From the NCBI RefSeq assembly GCF_058153355.1, contig NZ_CM177019.1: 64,000 nucleotides of DNA, one strand, 5' to 3'. Shown here piece by piece: positions 39,114-53,154 of the stretch. Position 1 is the first letter of the stretch. Each line of letters begins with the position of its first letter. Both the position numbers and the translations under genes were made by a program. The notes under the pieces are model-generated. The model searched no databases. It was not told the origin of the DNA and saw only the letters and a program-made list of their open reading frames with translations.

Positions 39114-39848
39114 TTAATTTTCGTGTGGAAACGTAGTAAGGTCATCAATCATTTTTTGAAGTATTGGTGAGTCCTGACCATCACCCCATTGAAGAATTTT
39201 TGCGGTAAGCTGATGACGGGCTAGTGCATTGAGTCCCATCTTTTTAAGTTTATGGGAGATTTTACCCATGACTTTAATCTGACCGAATGCAGTTGCGTAG
39301 GTAATCATATTGCTCTGGATAGTGCTCATTTCATCGGCTAGTAATTGCGCACGAATATCCTCTTCAAGAATACTTTCCATAGCGATATATTTCATACCCC
39401 AGATAGTTTCAATTAACATTTGAGGGAAATCAGCACAATCTAGATCCGGCTCTTTACGCAGGCTATTTTCAAGAACGTTTAGAGCATCAGCACCTTCATC
39501 GCTGCCAAAAGGAGATTCTTCATCCCAGCAACACACATAAAGTGGATCAGTAAAATGGCACTGGAAGTTTGGGTGTGACGTTTTAACATGTAACCCAATT
39601 TCTTCATCATCAAAATAGTAGCGATCCATGTAGTTAAAGTTTGGATCTTCTTGATAGCCTTTCTTCATTTTTGCGGCAATCAATTTACTGGCTTCTTTCA
39701 GACACTGTTCTTCATTATCGAACTCTTTTGTCTGGAATTTACCAATACTACCTACCTTGCCATAGTTGATAGCTAAACTATCCCCTTCGTAATCTATCCA
39801 CCAAAATTTATTCGATTTTTCATCGTTATAAATAAAGCATTTTTTCAT
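39114..39848 (-). CDS. yfeS: WGR-domain protein YfeS
   Basis: 244-aa ORF MKKCFIYNDEKSNKFWWIDYEGDSLAINYGKVG... (WGR-like N-terminus); synteny. Confidence 0.8.
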   Translation of the reverse strand: MKKCFIYNDEKSNKFWWIDYEGDSLAINYGKVGSIGKFQTKEFDNEEQCLKEASKLIAAKMKKGYQEDPNFNYMDRYYFDDEEIGLHVKTSHPNFQCHFTDPLYVCCWDEESPFGSDEGADALNVLENSLRKEPDLDCADFPQMLIETIWGMKYIAMESILEEDIRAQLLADEMSTIQSNMITYATAFGQIKVMGKISHKLKKMGLNALARHQLTAKILQWGDGQDSPILQKMIDDLTTFPHEN

Positions 39849-39880
39849 GTTACCTCCTGTAAATGCCTTGCCAAAGCGGA

Positions 39881-40255
39881 TTAATTCCCTTCCGCAGGCA
39901 CCGTTTTATCCGTCTGCGCAATTAACGCATGTAAAAAAGGTTGCGCGTTTTCATCGCTCTTACCGGGCATCTTCACGATATACGGCTTCCCGGTAATCGA
40001 TGATGACGAAGCAACCTTATCAATAAATTGCTCAGCAGTATCAATGCGATTACGGGTATTGCCCAGCTTCAGACGCAAATGGGAAACCGCTTCATCGCAG
40101 GTATGTTCATCGCCGTTGCGCACAAATATCAAATCCTTTTTCTGTGCTAATCCCTCCAGCATGGCGTTGATGCGGGCTTCTTCGTGGGCGGTTAACTTCG
40201 CGTAAGCGGGGAGTGTCATTAGCAGCGTTATTAAAAGACAAATGATTTTCTTCAT
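39881..40255 (-). CDS. yfeK: periplasmic/lipoprotein-like protein YfeK
   Basis: 124-aa ORF with signal peptide; synteny. Confidence 0.8.
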   Translation of the reverse strand: MKKIICLLITLLMTLPAYAKLTAHEEARINAMLEGLAQKKDLIFVRNGDEHTCDEAVSHLRLKLGNTRNRIDTAEQFIDKVASSSSITGKPYIVKMPGKSDENAQPFLHALIAQTDKTVPAEGN

Positions 40256-40280
40256 TGAATTACCTTATCCTTGTTTTGTG

Positions 40281-40346
<66 letters not shown>

Positions 40347-40358
40347 GAGAAAAATTAA

Positions 40359-41210
40359 ATGAGTAGTTTGTTGTTGTTTAACGATAAGAGCAGAGCGTTG
40401 CAGGCGGATATTGTCGCGGTGCAGTCGCAGGTAGTGTACGGCAGCGTAGGCAACAGCATTGCCGTGCCTGCTATTAAACAGAACGGCCTGAATGTCTTTG
40501 CCGTGCCGACGGTATTGCTGAGCAATACGCCGCATTATGACACTTTCTACGGCGGTGCGATTCCGGACGAATGGTTTAGCGGCTATTTGCGTGCGCTTCA
40601 GGAGCGTGATGCGCTGCGCCAGCTGCGCGCTGTCACCACGGGCTATATGGGAACGGCATCGCAAATCAAAATCCTTGCCGAGTGGCTGACTTCGCTACGC
40701 AAAGACCATCCTGACTTATTGATTATGGTCGATCCGGTGATTGGCGATATTGATAGCGGAATTTATGTCAAACCTGACCTTCCTGAGGCATACCGACAAT
40801 ATTTACTGCCTCTGGCGCAGGGTATTACGCCTAATATCTTTGAGCTGGAAATCCTGACAGGTAAAAATTGCCGCGATCTCGACAGCGCCATTGCTGCCGC
40901 AAAAAGTCTGCTTTCAGACACATTAAAGTGGGTGGTGATTACCAGTGCCTCCGGTAATGAAGAAAATCAGGAGATGCAGGTGGTGGTGGTCACCGCCGAC
41001 AGCGTGAATGTCATTTCCCATTCACGGGTTAAAACTGACCTGAAAGGTACTGGCGACCTGTTTTGTGCTCAGCTTATCAGTGGCTTGTTGAAAGGTAAGG
41101 AATTAACTGACGCGGTACATAGCGCGGGATTACGCGTGCTGGAGGTGATGCGCTATACCCAGCAGTATGGTAGCGATGAATTGATTTTGCCGCCGCTGAC
41201 GGAAGCATAA
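40359..41210 (+). CDS. pdxK: pyridoxal/pyridoxine/pyridoxamine kinase
   Basis: 283-aa ribokinase-family ORF. Confidence 0.92.
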   Translation: MSSLLLFNDKSRALQADIVAVQSQVVYGSVGNSIAVPAIKQNGLNVFAVPTVLLSNTPHYDTFYGGAIPDEWFSGYLRALQERDALRQLRAVTTGYMGTASQIKILAEWLTSLRKDHPDLLIMVDPVIGDIDSGIYVKPDLPEAYRQYLLPLAQGITPNIFELEILTGKNCRDLDSAIAAAKSLLSDTLKWVVITSASGNEENQEMQVVVVTADSVNVISHSRVKTDLKGTGDLFCAQLISGLLKGKELTDAVHSAGLRVLEVMRYTQQYGSDELILPPLTEA

Positions 41211-41218
41211 AAAAATGG

Positions 41219-41230
41219 CGCCCATCGGCG
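41219..41230. repeat. IS4 target-site duplication, left copy (cgcccatcggcg)
   Basis: 12-bp direct repeat identical to 42657-42668, immediately flanking the IS4 ends. Confidence 0.85.
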
Positions 41231-42656
41231 TAATGCCAGTCAGTTAAGCAACTGACTGGCTCTTTTTCGGGGCTGTGGGGTATTTCCAGGGCCTCTCCTT
41301 TACCACTCTCGGGAAGGCCCTTTCCCTTCTTGTCGGTAATTTCACAAGTTGTCCCATACTTGCAAGATCGCGCATCAGCTCCGGTATACGTCCCGGTGAA
41401 GCGCCCTGCAATGTCATCAGCATTCTCATCACCATTCCGCATGATTCTGAGAAACTCAGTTGATTCGGCCAGTAACCTTTCAGATGTTCCGCCATTTTAA
41501 TCATCTGATATCTCACCAGATTATAAGCCAGTAAGACACCCCACAGCTCTTGCTCCACAAGCTCCGGCTTTTTACTTCTCAGCGTCAGCCTGCTCAGTTG
41601 CATCGTCTGTTTTATCTCCCTGTATCCCAGTTCGATTTCCCAGCGATGACTGTACAGATCCGCCATTTCTCCTCCGGGGAAGCGCATGGCGTCCGTCATC
41701 GACGTCAGCAGATGGCAGACTTTTCCTTTGCGCGTCACGGTCAGCAGGCGGGCTGTCACTTCATTTCCCAGTCCCGGCCACTTTTTTCGTGCCTGCGGGC
41801 TGGTTTTCAGCTTCACCAGATGATCGCCTTTACCCAGTTTTCTGATCTCTTCATATTGCGCTCCCTTTCTGAGAGGTATCATCCAGTGGCGGTGTTCTCC
41901 CGCCAGGCTCCAGGCATTTAACAGTCCCAGTGAGTAATAACCTTTATCCATTAACGTCAGAGTGTTATCGCCGGTTTGTTCTATAAGTTGCTCAGCAAGC
42001 TCATTTTCGCTGTTCTTCATCGTGCCGAAGGCTGCAGCCGTCAGCAGATGGCTGGTCAGTTCCATCTGGCAGACCATTTTGACCTGCGGGTAGAGCGCCG
42101 GGTTCCCGGCATGTGTCTGGCGGGGGAAGGCTGCATCGTTCTCTGGTGTATCCGGTGTGCGCCAGAACACACCATCGATGGCCAGCAGGGTCAGGCCGCA
42201 CCAGTGCGGATGCGGCGTGGCGTTATGCCAGAGCTGCGCTGTTTTCGTGAACACGCGGCGGACAGCCTCACTTCCCAGGCGCTGGCGGGCCTGAATAACG
42301 GCACTGGGGGCAACGAAGGGGCGATTGCCCGGCAGCATGATGTCCAGGCGATTCACAATCTGGTGAAGAGGTTCTTTACGCTCAAGCGCCATGCCAACAA
42401 TACACCAGACCATCATTTCGAGGGGAAGACGGCGCTTGCGTAGCGTTACAGTACCTGATTCGGCAAGGCAACGAGAGATGAGTTCGGGGTCGAGGTAATC
42501 CCCCAGAGAAGTCAGTGGGTTACGCAGAGAATCGTAACGGGATACCAGATCAAGAGCCTGTCCAATGTGCATAAAAAAATCCGGAAACAAGTGAGCGTTT
42601 CCGGATTCTTACACAGCCACTGGATCGGTCAACTGATCCTTAACTGATCGGCATTA
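41231..42656 (-). mobile_element. IS4 insertion sequence, complete (1426 bp)
   Basis: Imperfect terminal inverted repeats (left taatgccagtcagttaag..., right end reverse complement taatgccgatcagttaag...); one long transposase ORF; 12-bp target duplication; length matches IS4. Confidence 0.9.
41244..42590 (-). CDS. IS4-family transposase (DDE)
   Basis: 448-aa [29 protein letters not shown]...; recognised as IS4-type transposase. Confidence 0.9.
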   Translation of the reverse strand: MFPDFFMHIGQALDLVSRYDSLRNPLTSLGDYLDPELISRCLAESGTVTLRKRRLPLEMMVWCIVGMALERKEPLHQIVNRLDIMLPGNRPFVAPSAVIQARQRLGSEAVRRVFTKTAQLWHNATPHPHWCGLTLLAIDGVFWRTPDTPENDAAFPRQTHAGNPALYPQVKMVCQMELTSHLLTAAAFGTMKNSENELAEQLIEQTGDNTLTLMDKGYYSLGLLNAWSLAGEHRHWMIPLRKGAQYEEIRKLGKGDHLVKLKTSPQARKKWPGLGNEVTARLLTVTRKGKVCHLLTSMTDAMRFPGGEMADLYSHRWEIELGYREIKQTMQLSRLTLRSKKPELVEQELWGVLLAYNLVRYQMIKMAEHLKGYWPNQLSFSESCGMVMRMLMTLQGASPGRIPELMRDLASMGQLVKLPTRRERAFPRVVKERPWKYPTAPKKSQSVA

Positions 42657-42668
42657 CGCCCATCGGCG
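42657..42668. repeat. IS4 target-site duplication, right copy (cgcccatcggcg)
   Basis: Identical to 41219-41230. Confidence 0.85.
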
Positions 42669-42690
42669 CCATTTTTCACTGCGGCAAGAA

Positions 42691-43200
42691 TTATTTCTTG
42701 ATGCGAATAACCGGAGTTTCACCCACAGTCACGCTACCGGACAGTTTGATCAGTTCTTTGATTTCGTCCATGTTGGAGATAACAACCGGAGTCAGGGTAG
42801 ACTTGGCTTTCTCTTCCAGCAGCGGCAGATCGAATTCAATCACAGTATCGCCAACTTTCACGCGCTGACCTTCTTCAGCAATACGCTTGAAGCCTTCGCC
42901 TTTCAGTTCAACAGTGTCGATACCGAAGTGAACGAACAACTCAACGCCGCTATCAGATTCGATAGAGAACGCGTGGTTGGTTTCAAAGATTTTACCAATG
43001 GTGCCGTCTACAGGCGCGACCATTTTGTTACCAGTTGGTTTGATAGCAATACCATCACCAACGATTTTTTCCGCAAAAACGACATCCGGCACGTCTTCGA
43101 TATTGACGATCTCGCCAGAGAGCGGAGCAATGATCTCAATAGTTCCGGTATCCTTCTTGTCGTCGGAAACCAGAGATTTCAGTTTATCGAACAAACCCAT
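42691..43200 (-). CDS. crr: PTS glucose-specific EIIA component
   Basis: 169-aa [42 protein letters not shown]... Confidence 0.95.
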
Positions 43201-43240
43201 GATCTTCTCCTAAGCAGTAAATTGGGCCGCATCTCGTGGA

Positions 43241-44968
43241 TTAGCAGATTGTTTTTTCTTCAATGAACTTGTTAACCAGCGTCATTAACTCGTCCGTTGT
43301 CGGTTGAGCAAGAGCCTGCTCTGCTAACACCTTCGCATCTTCGAAGTTCGTGTTACGGATAATCTTCTTAATGCGCGGGATAGAAATGGCGCTCATAGAG
43401 AATTCGTCCAGACCCATCCCCAGCAACAGAAGTGTAGCACGTTCATCGCCAGCAAGCTCACCACACATGCCAGTCCATTTGCCTTCAGCATGAGAAGCAT
43501 CAATAACTTGCTTGATCAAGTTCAGCACGGACGGTGACATTGGCTGGTAAAGGTGTGAAATCATATCATTACCACGGTCAACTGCCAGAGTGTACTGCGT
43601 TAAATCATTGGTGCCGATACTAAAGAAATCAACTTCTTTGGCTAAATGACGTGCAATTGTTGCGGCCGCTGGTGTTTCCACCATTACGCCGATTTCAATT
43701 GACTCGTCAAACGCTTTACCTTCGTCGCGCAGTTCCTGTTTGTAGATTTCGATCTCTTTGCGCAGTGCACGCACTTCTTCAACAGAGATGATCATCGGGA
43801 ACATGATGCGCAATTTACCGAAAGCAGAGGCACGCAGGATAGCGCGGAGCTGATCGCGAAGGATCTCTTTACGATCCATCGCGATACGGATAGCGCGCCA
43901 GCCGAGGAACGGGTTCTCTTCTTTCGGGAAGTTCATGTATGGCAGCTCTTTGTCGCCGCCGATGTCCATGGTACGAACGATAACCGCTTGTGAGCCACAC
44001 GCTTCAGCTACTGCTTTGTAAGCAGCAAACTGTTCTTCTTCAGTGGGCAGCGCGTCGCGGTCCATGAACAGGAACTCAGTACGATAAAGACCAACGCCTT
44101 CAGCGCCGTTACGCTCAGCACCTTCAACGTCACGAACCGTACCGATGTTAGCGCACACTTCTACCTGGTGACCGTCCAGCGTAATAGCTGGCAGATCTTT
44201 CAGTTTAGCAAGCTCTGCTTTTTCAGAAGCCACTTGCTCCTGAACAGCGCGCATTTTATCAATAACTTCGTTGGTTGGATTGACGTAAACCTGATTATTT
44301 ACGGCATCCAGAATCAGATAGTCGTCATTTTTCACCTGAGAGGTGACGCTACCGGTACCCACGATAGCAGGCAGTTCCAGAGAACGCGCCATGATAGAGG
44401 TGTGGGAAGTACGGCCACCCGCGTCGGTGATGAAACCCAGCACCTTCTTCAGGTTCAGCTGTGCGGTTTCGGACGGCGTCAGATCAGCGGCAACCAGAAT
44501 GACTTCATCCTGAATGGCGCTCAGGTCGATAATCTTCAGGCCCAGGATGTTGCGCAGCAGGCGCTTACCGATATCACGTACGTCAGCCGCACGTTCTTTC
44601 AGGTATTCATCATCCAGCTCTTCCAGGGCAGAAGCCTGACCTTCGATAACTTCATGAGCAGCTGCGTCAGCTGTCATGTGCTTATCTTTAATCAGGGCTA
44701 TGATTTCCTGCTCCAGCTCCTCATCTTCGAGCAGCATAATATGCCCTTCAAAGATGGCTTCTTTTTCTTCACCGAACGTTTCACCAGCTTTCGTTTTGAT
44801 CGTTTCCAGCTGGGCTGATGCCTTGGCACGACCGCTCAGAAAACGTTCAACTTCCTGATCAACCTGGTCGGCAGAAATTTTTTTCCGGTCAATGACAATT
44901 TCGTCTTCTTTCAGAAGCAGAGCTTTACCGAAAGCGATACCCGGGGATGCTAAAATGCCTGAAATCAT
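43241..44968 (-). CDS. ptsI: PTS enzyme I
   Basis: 575-aa [34 protein letters not shown]... Confidence 0.95.
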   Translation of the reverse strand: MISGILASPGIAFGKALLLKEDEIVIDRKKISADQVDQEVERFLSGRAKASAQLETIKTKAGETFGEEKEAIFEGHIMLLEDEELEQEIIALIKDKHMTADAAAHEVIEGQASALEELDDEYLKERAADVRDIGKRLLRNILGLKIIDLSAIQDEVILVAADLTPSETAQLNLKKVLGFITDAGGRTSHTSIMARSLELPAIVGTGSVTSQVKNDDYLILDAVNNQVYVNPTNEVIDKMRAVQEQVASEKAELAKLKDLPAITLDGHQVEVCANIGTVRDVEGAERNGAEGVGLYRTEFLFMDRDALPTEEEQFAAYKAVAEACGSQAVIVRTMDIGGDKELPYMNFPKEENPFLGWRAIRIAMDRKEILRDQLRAILRASAFGKLRIMFPMIISVEEVRALRKEIEIYKQELRDEGKAFDESIEIGVMVETPAAATIARHLAKEVDFFSIGTNDLTQYTLAVDRGNDMISHLYQPMSPSVLNLIKQVIDASHAEGKWTGMCGELAGDERATLLLLGMGLDEFSMSAISIPRIKKIIRNTNFEDAKVLAEQALAQPTTDELMTLVNKFIEEKTIC

Positions 44969-45012
44969 AACCCTACCTTACTTGTGACTGATTTTTAAAA
45001 GAACCCGGGAAA

Positions 45013-45270
45013 TTACTCGAGTTCCGCCATCAGTTTAACCAGATGTTCAACCGCTTTCTGTTCGTCTTCGCCTTCTGCGGAGATAGTCACAACGGTACCT
45101 TGAGTCAGGCCCAGAGTCTGCAGTTTAAACAGGCTTTTCGCGCTGGCGCTTTTGCCGTTGGAAGTCACAGTAATTTCAGAAGTGAAGCCCTTAGCTTCTT
45201 TTACAAACTGGGCAGCAGGGCGGGTGTGCAGACCGTTCGGAGCGGTAATGGTAACTTCTTGCTGGAACAT
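45013..45270 (-). CDS. ptsH: phosphocarrier protein HPr
   Basis: 85-aa [32 protein letters not shown]... Confidence 0.95.
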
Positions 45271-45603
45271 TGTATTTCCCCAACTTATAGGTTTAGTGTT
45301 GTGGAACTAAAGTCTAGCCTGGCGGTTCGACTTTAGCCTGTATTGTTAGCGCCAGTTTTTAACAGACGCGACGCACGAAGAGCGCAATACAGTCCTTTGC
45401 TGGCGGGTGTTGACCGCTGACGTTTCGTACGTCATTAAACATTATGCCGCTAAAGGAAGAATTGAACCAAATCATAAAATCGATTCAGCTATGGCTTTTC
45501 CTGTAACGATTAATTTCGCGCATCAAAATAATTAGTCTGGTTAAATACCAGTTCCGACAGGCTGAATCAATGCCAGGAGGGGCGAAAGTTTGAAGCAGGC
45601 CAC

Positions 45604-45631
45604 AAAAAAGCACCTGAAAAGGTGCTTTTTT
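45604..45631 (-). terminator. rho-independent terminator downstream of cysK (bidirectional hairpin)
   Basis: aaaaaagcacc-tgaaaa-ggtgctttttt. Confidence 0.6.
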
Positions 45632-45653
45632 ACGCATTTTTAACAAGCTGGCA

Positions 45654-46625
45654 TTACTGTTGCAATTCTTTCTCAGTGAAGAGATCGGCAAACAATGCGG
45701 TGCTTAAATAACGCTCACCCGATGACGGTAGAATAACCACAATATTCTTGTTGGTAAAGCTTTCATCTTCTTGTAGTTTCAACGCTGCAGCAACAGCCGC
45801 TCCAGAAGAGATACCTGCAAGAATACCTTCCTCTTCCATCAGACGACGCGCGGTAGAAATAGCTTCTTCATTGGTGATGCCAATGACTTTATCGACCAGT
45901 TTGAGATCAAGGTTAGCCGGGATAAAACCAGCACCAATCCCCTGAATTTTATGCGGGCCAGGTTTAATCTCTTCACCTGCCAGCGCCTGGGCGATAACCG
46001 GAGAATCGGTTGGCTCCACGGCGACAGAGATGAGATCAGTCTTGCCTTTGGTGCCTTTAATGTAGCGGCTGACGCCGGTCAGCGTACCGCCAGTCCCAAC
46101 ACCAGCAATAAATACATCAACCTGACCGTCGGTATCTTCCCAGATCTCCGGACCGGTGGTTTTTTCGTGAATTTCAGGGTTTGCCGGATTGCTGAATTGT
46201 TGCAGCAGTAGGTATTTCTCTGGATTGCTGGCGACAATTTCTTCTGCTTTTTGGATTGCGCCTTTCATGCCTTTAGCACCTTCGGTCAGCACCAGGTTTG
46301 CACCTAACGCTTTCAGCAGCTTGCGGCGTTCAATACTCATGGTTTCTGGCATGGTCAGGGTGAGTTTGTAACCGCGAGCGGCAGCCACATAGGCCAGTGC
46401 AATCCCGGTATTACCGCTGGTTGGTTCAACCAGTTCAACGCCTGGTTTCAGCACGCCGCGCTTTTCGGCATCCCAAATCATATTGGCACCGATACGGCAC
46501 TTAACGCTGAAGCTGGGGTTACGAGATTCCACCTTCGCCAGAATGCGTCCGTTACCGATGCGATTCAGGCGAACCAGCGGTGTGTGACCGATAGTCAGCG
46601 AGTTATCTTCAAAAATCTTACTCAT
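45654..46625 (-). CDS. cysK: cysteine synthase A (O-acetylserine sulfhydrylase A)
   Basis: 323-aa PLP-enzyme [47 protein letters not shown]... Confidence 0.95.
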   Translation of the reverse strand: MSKIFEDNSLTIGHTPLVRLNRIGNGRILAKVESRNPSFSVKCRIGANMIWDAEKRGVLKPGVELVEPTSGNTGIALAYVAAARGYKLTLTMPETMSIERRKLLKALGANLVLTEGAKGMKGAIQKAEEIVASNPEKYLLLQQFSNPANPEIHEKTTGPEIWEDTDGQVDVFIAGVGTGGTLTGVSRYIKGTKGKTDLISVAVEPTDSPVIAQALAGEEIKPGPHKIQGIGAGFIPANLDLKLVDKVIGITNEEAISTARRLMEEEGILAGISSGAAVAAALKLQEDESFTNKNIVVILPSSGERYLSTALFADLFTEKELQQ

Positions 46626-46809
46626 GGCCTGTCCTTAACTGTATGAAATTGGGATACAACAGGTAGCATACCCGCTCAGAGAATATGCGGAAGTAAGGAT
46701 TTAGCATATCTATATGCAGAAGGGAAATAATGACATGCAAGATGGAATAAGGGGTGGCATAAGCCACCCCTGTTTCACACAAACGGTTTACAAAATAACC
46801 GGTAGATTG

Positions 46810-47571
46810 TTACCGCCACATCGCGTGTTTATCGCGATAGCAATCGACCCACATCGCCGTCGCGCCACAAACGGCAACGGGCATAATGAACAGATTAAGC
46901 AGCGGGATCATCGTAAACAGGCTGGTTAAAGCACCAAACTGCATATTGGTGATTTTGCGTGTGCGCAGGGCGGTGCGCATCTCTTTAAACGGCACTTTGT
47001 GGTTATCGAAGGGGTAATCGCAATACTGGATGGCTAACATCCAGGCGCTAAACAGGAACCACAGTACCGGTGCGACGGTTTGCCCAATGCCAGGGATGAA
47101 GTAAAGAATTAGCAATACAATTGCGCGCGGCAGATACCAGGCAAATTTTTGCCATTCGCGTTTCATGATTCGCGGCACATCTTTCATGATACCGAAAATT
47201 CCGGTATCTGGCGGTGTAGCGCCAGTCAGTCTTGCTTCCAGTTGTTCAGCCAATAAACCGTTGAACGGAGCAGCAATCCAGTTAGCAATCGTTGAGAAGA
47301 AATAGCCAAACACTAACAGCGCAGAGATGACAGCCAGGGGCCACAACAGATAGCTCAGCCATTGTAACCAGTCCGGAACATAACTCATGAGAGTCGGGAT
47401 CCAGACATCGAGTTGCGTAAAGAGCCACCAGAATGCGCCCCCCATCAACAAAATATTGACCAACAGCGGTAAAATAACAAAACGCCGAATCCCAGGTTGC
47501 GAGACGAGCTTCCAGCCTTGCGCAAAATAGTAAAAACCGCTGCGTGGGGCAGATGTGAATGATGAAACCAT
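46810..47571 (-). CDS. cysZ: sulfate transporter CysZ
   Basis: 253-aa membrane ORF. Confidence 0.9.
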   Translation of the reverse strand: MVSSFTSAPRSGFYYFAQGWKLVSQPGIRRFVILPLLVNILLMGGAFWWLFTQLDVWIPTLMSYVPDWLQWLSYLLWPLAVISALLVFGYFFSTIANWIAAPFNGLLAEQLEARLTGATPPDTGIFGIMKDVPRIMKREWQKFAWYLPRAIVLLILYFIPGIGQTVAPVLWFLFSAWMLAIQYCDYPFDNHKVPFKEMRTALRTRKITNMQFGALTSLFTMIPLLNLFIMPVAVCGATAMWVDCYRDKHAMWR

Positions 47572-47800
47572 AATCAGGATGAGCTCCTTTTGACCAATCC
47601 CAGGAAAATTCTGCGTATTTTACCGGGTAATTGCGCAATGGACAGTTAGGATATGTTCGAAAAAACAGCAAAAAGCACGATTTCATCTATCTTTGTGCTG
47701 TGAAAGTTAATAGTGCACTTGCACTTGAGGTAATCGGCAAATACTCTTAGTGAGTAAATGTTTGCCGTGGTGGCAAGGTGTTAGAACAACAGAGAATATA

Positions 47801-48799
47801 ATGATGCAGGATTTGCGTCTGATATTAATCATTGTTGGCGCGATCGCCATAATCGCTTTACTGGTACATGGTTTCTGGACCAGCCGTAAAGAACGATCTT
47901 CTATGTTCCGCGATCGGCCATTAAAACGAATGAAGTCAAAACGTGACGACGATTCTTATGACGAGGATGTCGAAGATGATGAGGGCGTTGGTGAGGTTCG
48001 TGTTCACCGCGTGAATCATGCCCCGGCTAACGCCCAGGAGCATGAGGCTGCTCGTCCGTCGCCGCAACACCAGTACCAACCGCCTTATGCGTCTGCGCAG
48101 CCGCGTCAACCGGTCCAGCAGCCGCCTGAAGCGCAGGTACCGCCGCAACATGCTCCGCGTCCAACGCAGCCGGTGCAGCAACCCGTGCAGCAACCTGCCT
48201 ATCAGCCGCAGCCTGAACAGCCGTTGCAGCAGCCAGTTGCGCCACAGGTCGCGTCAGCGCCGCAGCCAGTGCATTCAGCGCCGCAACCGGCACAACAGGC
48301 TTTCCAGCCTGCAGAACCCGTAGCGGCACCACAGCCTGAGCCTGTCGCGGAACCGACTCCAGTTGTGGATAAGCCGAAGCGCAAAGAAGCAGTGATCATC
48401 ATGAACGTCGCGGCGCATCACGGTAGCGAGCTAAACGGTGAACTGCTTCTTAACAGCATTCAACAAGCGGGCTTCATTTTTGGCGATATGAATATTTACC
48501 ATCGTCATCTTAGCCCGGATGGAAGTGGCCCGGCGTTATTCAGCCTGGCGAATATGGTGAAACCGGGCACCTTCGATCCTGAAATGAAGGATTTCACTAC
48601 TCCGGGTGTCACTATCTTTATGCAGGTACCGTCTTACGGTGACGAGCTGCAGAACTTTAAGCTGATGCTGCAATCTGCGCAGCATATTGCCGATGAAGTG
48701 GGCGGTGTAGTGCTTGACGATCAGCGCCGTATGATGACTCCGCAGAAATTGCGCGAGTACCAGGACATCATCCGCGAAGTCAAAGACGCCAACGCCTGA
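47801..48799 (+). CDS. zipA: cell division protein ZipA
   Basis: [26 protein letters not shown]... N-terminal TM helix, P/Q-rich linker, C-terminal FtsZ-binding domain; internal Met of the track ORF. Confidence 0.9.
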   Translation: MMQDLRLILIIVGAIAIIALLVHGFWTSRKERSSMFRDRPLKRMKSKRDDDSYDEDVEDDEGVGEVRVHRVNHAPANAQEHEAARPSPQHQYQPPYASAQPRQPVQQPPEAQVPPQHAPRPTQPVQQPVQQPAYQPQPEQPLQQPVAPQVASAPQPVHSAPQPAQQAFQPAEPVAAPQPEPVAEPTPVVDKPKRKEAVIIMNVAAHHGSELNGELLLNSIQQAGFIFGDMNIYHRHLSPDGSGPALFSLANMVKPGTFDPEMKDFTTPGVTIFMQVPSYGDELQNFKLMLQSAQHIADEVGGVVLDDQRRMMTPQKLREYQDIIREVKDANA

Positions 48800-48860
48800 T
48801 ACACTTAAGGCAAATTAACTCCTCTTCGAACCCCCGCTTGTCGGGGGTTTTTAGCATTGA

Positions 48861-50885
<2,025 letters not shown>

Positions 50886-50886
50886 G

Positions 50887-51105
50887 ATGGAAAAAGAGCA
50901 GCTGATTGAAATAGCCAATACGATAATGCCGTTTGGCAAATACAAAGGGCGTCGCTTAATCGACCTGCCGGAGGAGTATCTGCTGTGGTTTGCCCGCAAA
51001 GATGAGTTCCCGGCAGGGAAGCTCGGTGAGCTAATGCAAATCACGCTGCTGATTAAAACCGAGGGGCTGACGCAACTAGTCCAGCCCCTGAAACGCCCAC
51101 TTTAA
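50887..51105 (+). CDS. ypeB: DUF3820-type small protein YpeB
   Basis: MEKEQLIEIANTIMPFGKYKGRRLIDLPEEYLLWFARKDEF...; 72 aa, directly after ligA. Confidence 0.8.
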   Translation: MEKEQLIEIANTIMPFGKYKGRRLIDLPEEYLLWFARKDEFPAGKLGELMQITLLIKTEGLTQLVQPLKRPL

Positions 51106-52100
51106 GCTTTATCGGCGCTGCTTTCCTGCTGCGCCTGTAACTGTTCGGTCTGGCGTTTGTATCGACGCGCCAGCACCGCACAGACCATCAATTGGATCTG
51201 ATGGAAAATCATCAGAGGCAGCACCATCATACCGATCACCGATGTGGGGAACAGAATGTTTGCCATCGGGATGCCATTTGCCAGACTCTTTTTCGAACCA
51301 CAAAAGACGATAGTAATTTCATCTGCCTTATTGAAGCCCAGTCGGCGTGCCATAAAGACGTTAACTACAATCACGATAGCCAGAAGAACGCAGCTGACCA
51401 CCACGATAAACAGCAATGATCCCCAGCCAACTTTATGCCAGATGCCGTTAACGACGGCTTCGCTGAATGCCGTATAAACCACCAACAGAATGGACGTCTG
51501 GTCAGTTTTCGCAATCCATTTTTTATTACGCGACACCCAGTCACCAATCCACGGCCGGGAAAGATGCCCCAACACAAATGGCAGCAACAGTTGCAGCATA
51601 ATTTTACCGACCTGCTCAAGGCTGCCCCCTGCACCGTGAACATTCATCACCAGGCCAACCAGCAACGGTGAAAGGAAAATCCCCAGTAGGCTGGATGCCG
51701 ACGCAGAACAAACCGCCGCCGCGACGTTACCGCCCGCCATTGACGTGAAGGCAATTGCAGACTGCACGGTAGCAGGAAGAATGCACAAGTAGAGAAAACC
51801 GGAATAGAGCATCGGGGCGACATTTACCGGTTTCCACCAGGCAAACAGCACGCTCAAAATTGGGAACAGCACGAAGGTGCTACACATCACCCATAAATGC
51901 AGTCGCCAGTGACCACCGCCAGCAATAATCGCCTCACGCGACAACTTCGCGCCGTGCATAAAGAACAGCAGAGCAATCGCTGCAGTGGTCAGATTTTCAA
52001 AGAAGGGGACGAAATCGCCTCTGGCCGGAAAGAAAGAGGCCAGCAACACCACCGTGATCAGGGTTAAGGTGAAAGGATCGAGGATACGAAAAAGTTTCAT
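51102..52100 (-). CDS. yfeH: bile acid/sodium symporter family membrane protein YfeH
   Basis: 332-aa polytopic membrane ORF; synteny. Confidence 0.85.
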   Translation of the reverse strand: MKLFRILDPFTLTLITVVLLASFFPARGDFVPFFENLTTAAIALLFFMHGAKLSREAIIAGGGHWRLHLWVMCSTFVLFPILSVLFAWWKPVNVAPMLYSGFLYLCILPATVQSAIAFTSMAGGNVAAAVCSASASSLLGIFLSPLLVGLVMNVHGAGGSLEQVGKIMLQLLLPFVLGHLSRPWIGDWVSRNKKWIAKTDQTSILLVVYTAFSEAVVNGIWHKVGWGSLLFIVVVSCVLLAIVIVVNVFMARRLGFNKADEITIVFCGSKKSLANGIPMANILFPTSVIGMMVLPLMIFHQIQLMVCAVLARRYKRQTEQLQAQQESSADKA

Positions 52101-52189
52101 ATAGACTCCAGATGATCGATGGTTCTATTGTGCTTCTTCCAGTTTGAGAAATAAAATTGATTTATTGCATCCATTCATGAAGAAAACAG

Positions 52190-53116
52190 ATGAATTATTC
52201 TTTAAAGCAATTAAAGGTTTTCGTCACAGTAGCGCAGGAGAAAAGTTTTAGTCGTGCAGGAGAGCGTATCGGCCTGAGCCAGTCGGCAGTGAGTCACAGT
52301 GTGAAGGAGCTGGAAAATCATACTGGTGTTCGCCTGCTGGACAGAACCACGCGTGAAGTGGTGCTTACAGATGCAGGGCAGCAGTTGGCTTTGCGTCTTG
52401 AGCGACTGCTGGATGAACTTAACAGCACGTTGCGCGATACCGGGCGTATGGGGCAACAACTGAGCGGAAAAGTTCGGGTCGCTGCCAGCCAGACCATTTC
52501 CGCGCATCTTATTCCGCAATGCATTGCTGAAAGCCATCGCCGCTATCCCGATATTCAGTTTGTCCTGCACGATCGTCCGCAGCAGTGGGTGATGGAAAGT
52601 ATTCGCCAGGGAGATGTCGATTTTGGCATCGTCATCGATCCAGGCCCAGTGGGCGATCTGCAATGTGAAGCGATTCTTTCCGAGCCTTTCTTTCTGCTTT
52701 GCCATCGCGATAGCGCTTTGGCCGTGGAAGATTATGTACCCTGGCAGGCATTACAGGGAGCGAAACTGGTGTTGCAGGATTACGCGTCAGGCAGCCGACC
52801 GCTGATTGACGCAGCGCTGGCGCGCAATGGTATTCAGGCGAATATTGTGCAGGAGATTGGTCATCCGGCGACGCTGTTCCCGATGGTAGCCGCAGGCATC
52901 GGCATCAGTATTCTTCCCGCACTGGCGCTACCATTGCCTGAAGGTAGCCCACTGGTGGTAAAGCGCATTACGCCGGTGGTTGAACGCCAGTTGATGCTGG
53001 TGCGCAGGAAGAACCGTTCACTTTCCACCGCCGCTGAAGCGTTATGGGACGTAGTACGAGACCAGGGCAATGCGCTAATGGCTGGGCGGGAAGGGGATCC
53101 GTTGTATCAGATATAG
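52190..53116 (+). CDS. yfeR: LysR-family transcriptional regulator YfeR
   Basis: 308-aa ORF with N-terminal LysR HTH ([38 protein letters not shown]). Confidence 0.88.
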
Positions 53117-53154
53117 AGTGAATTCATACTGCCGGGAGCTCCGGCAGTAATCAA

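Noticed and set aside
44168-44818. 216-aa plus-strand ORF inside ptsI
   Set aside because: Antisense to ptsI.
47936-48402. Several overlapping ORFs in both strands with Arg-, Ala- or Cys/Gly-rich translations
   Set aside because: They arise from the repetitive P/Q-rich linker coding region of zipA (repeated cagcc/gccgc units); they are alternative frames of low-complexity sequence, not genes.
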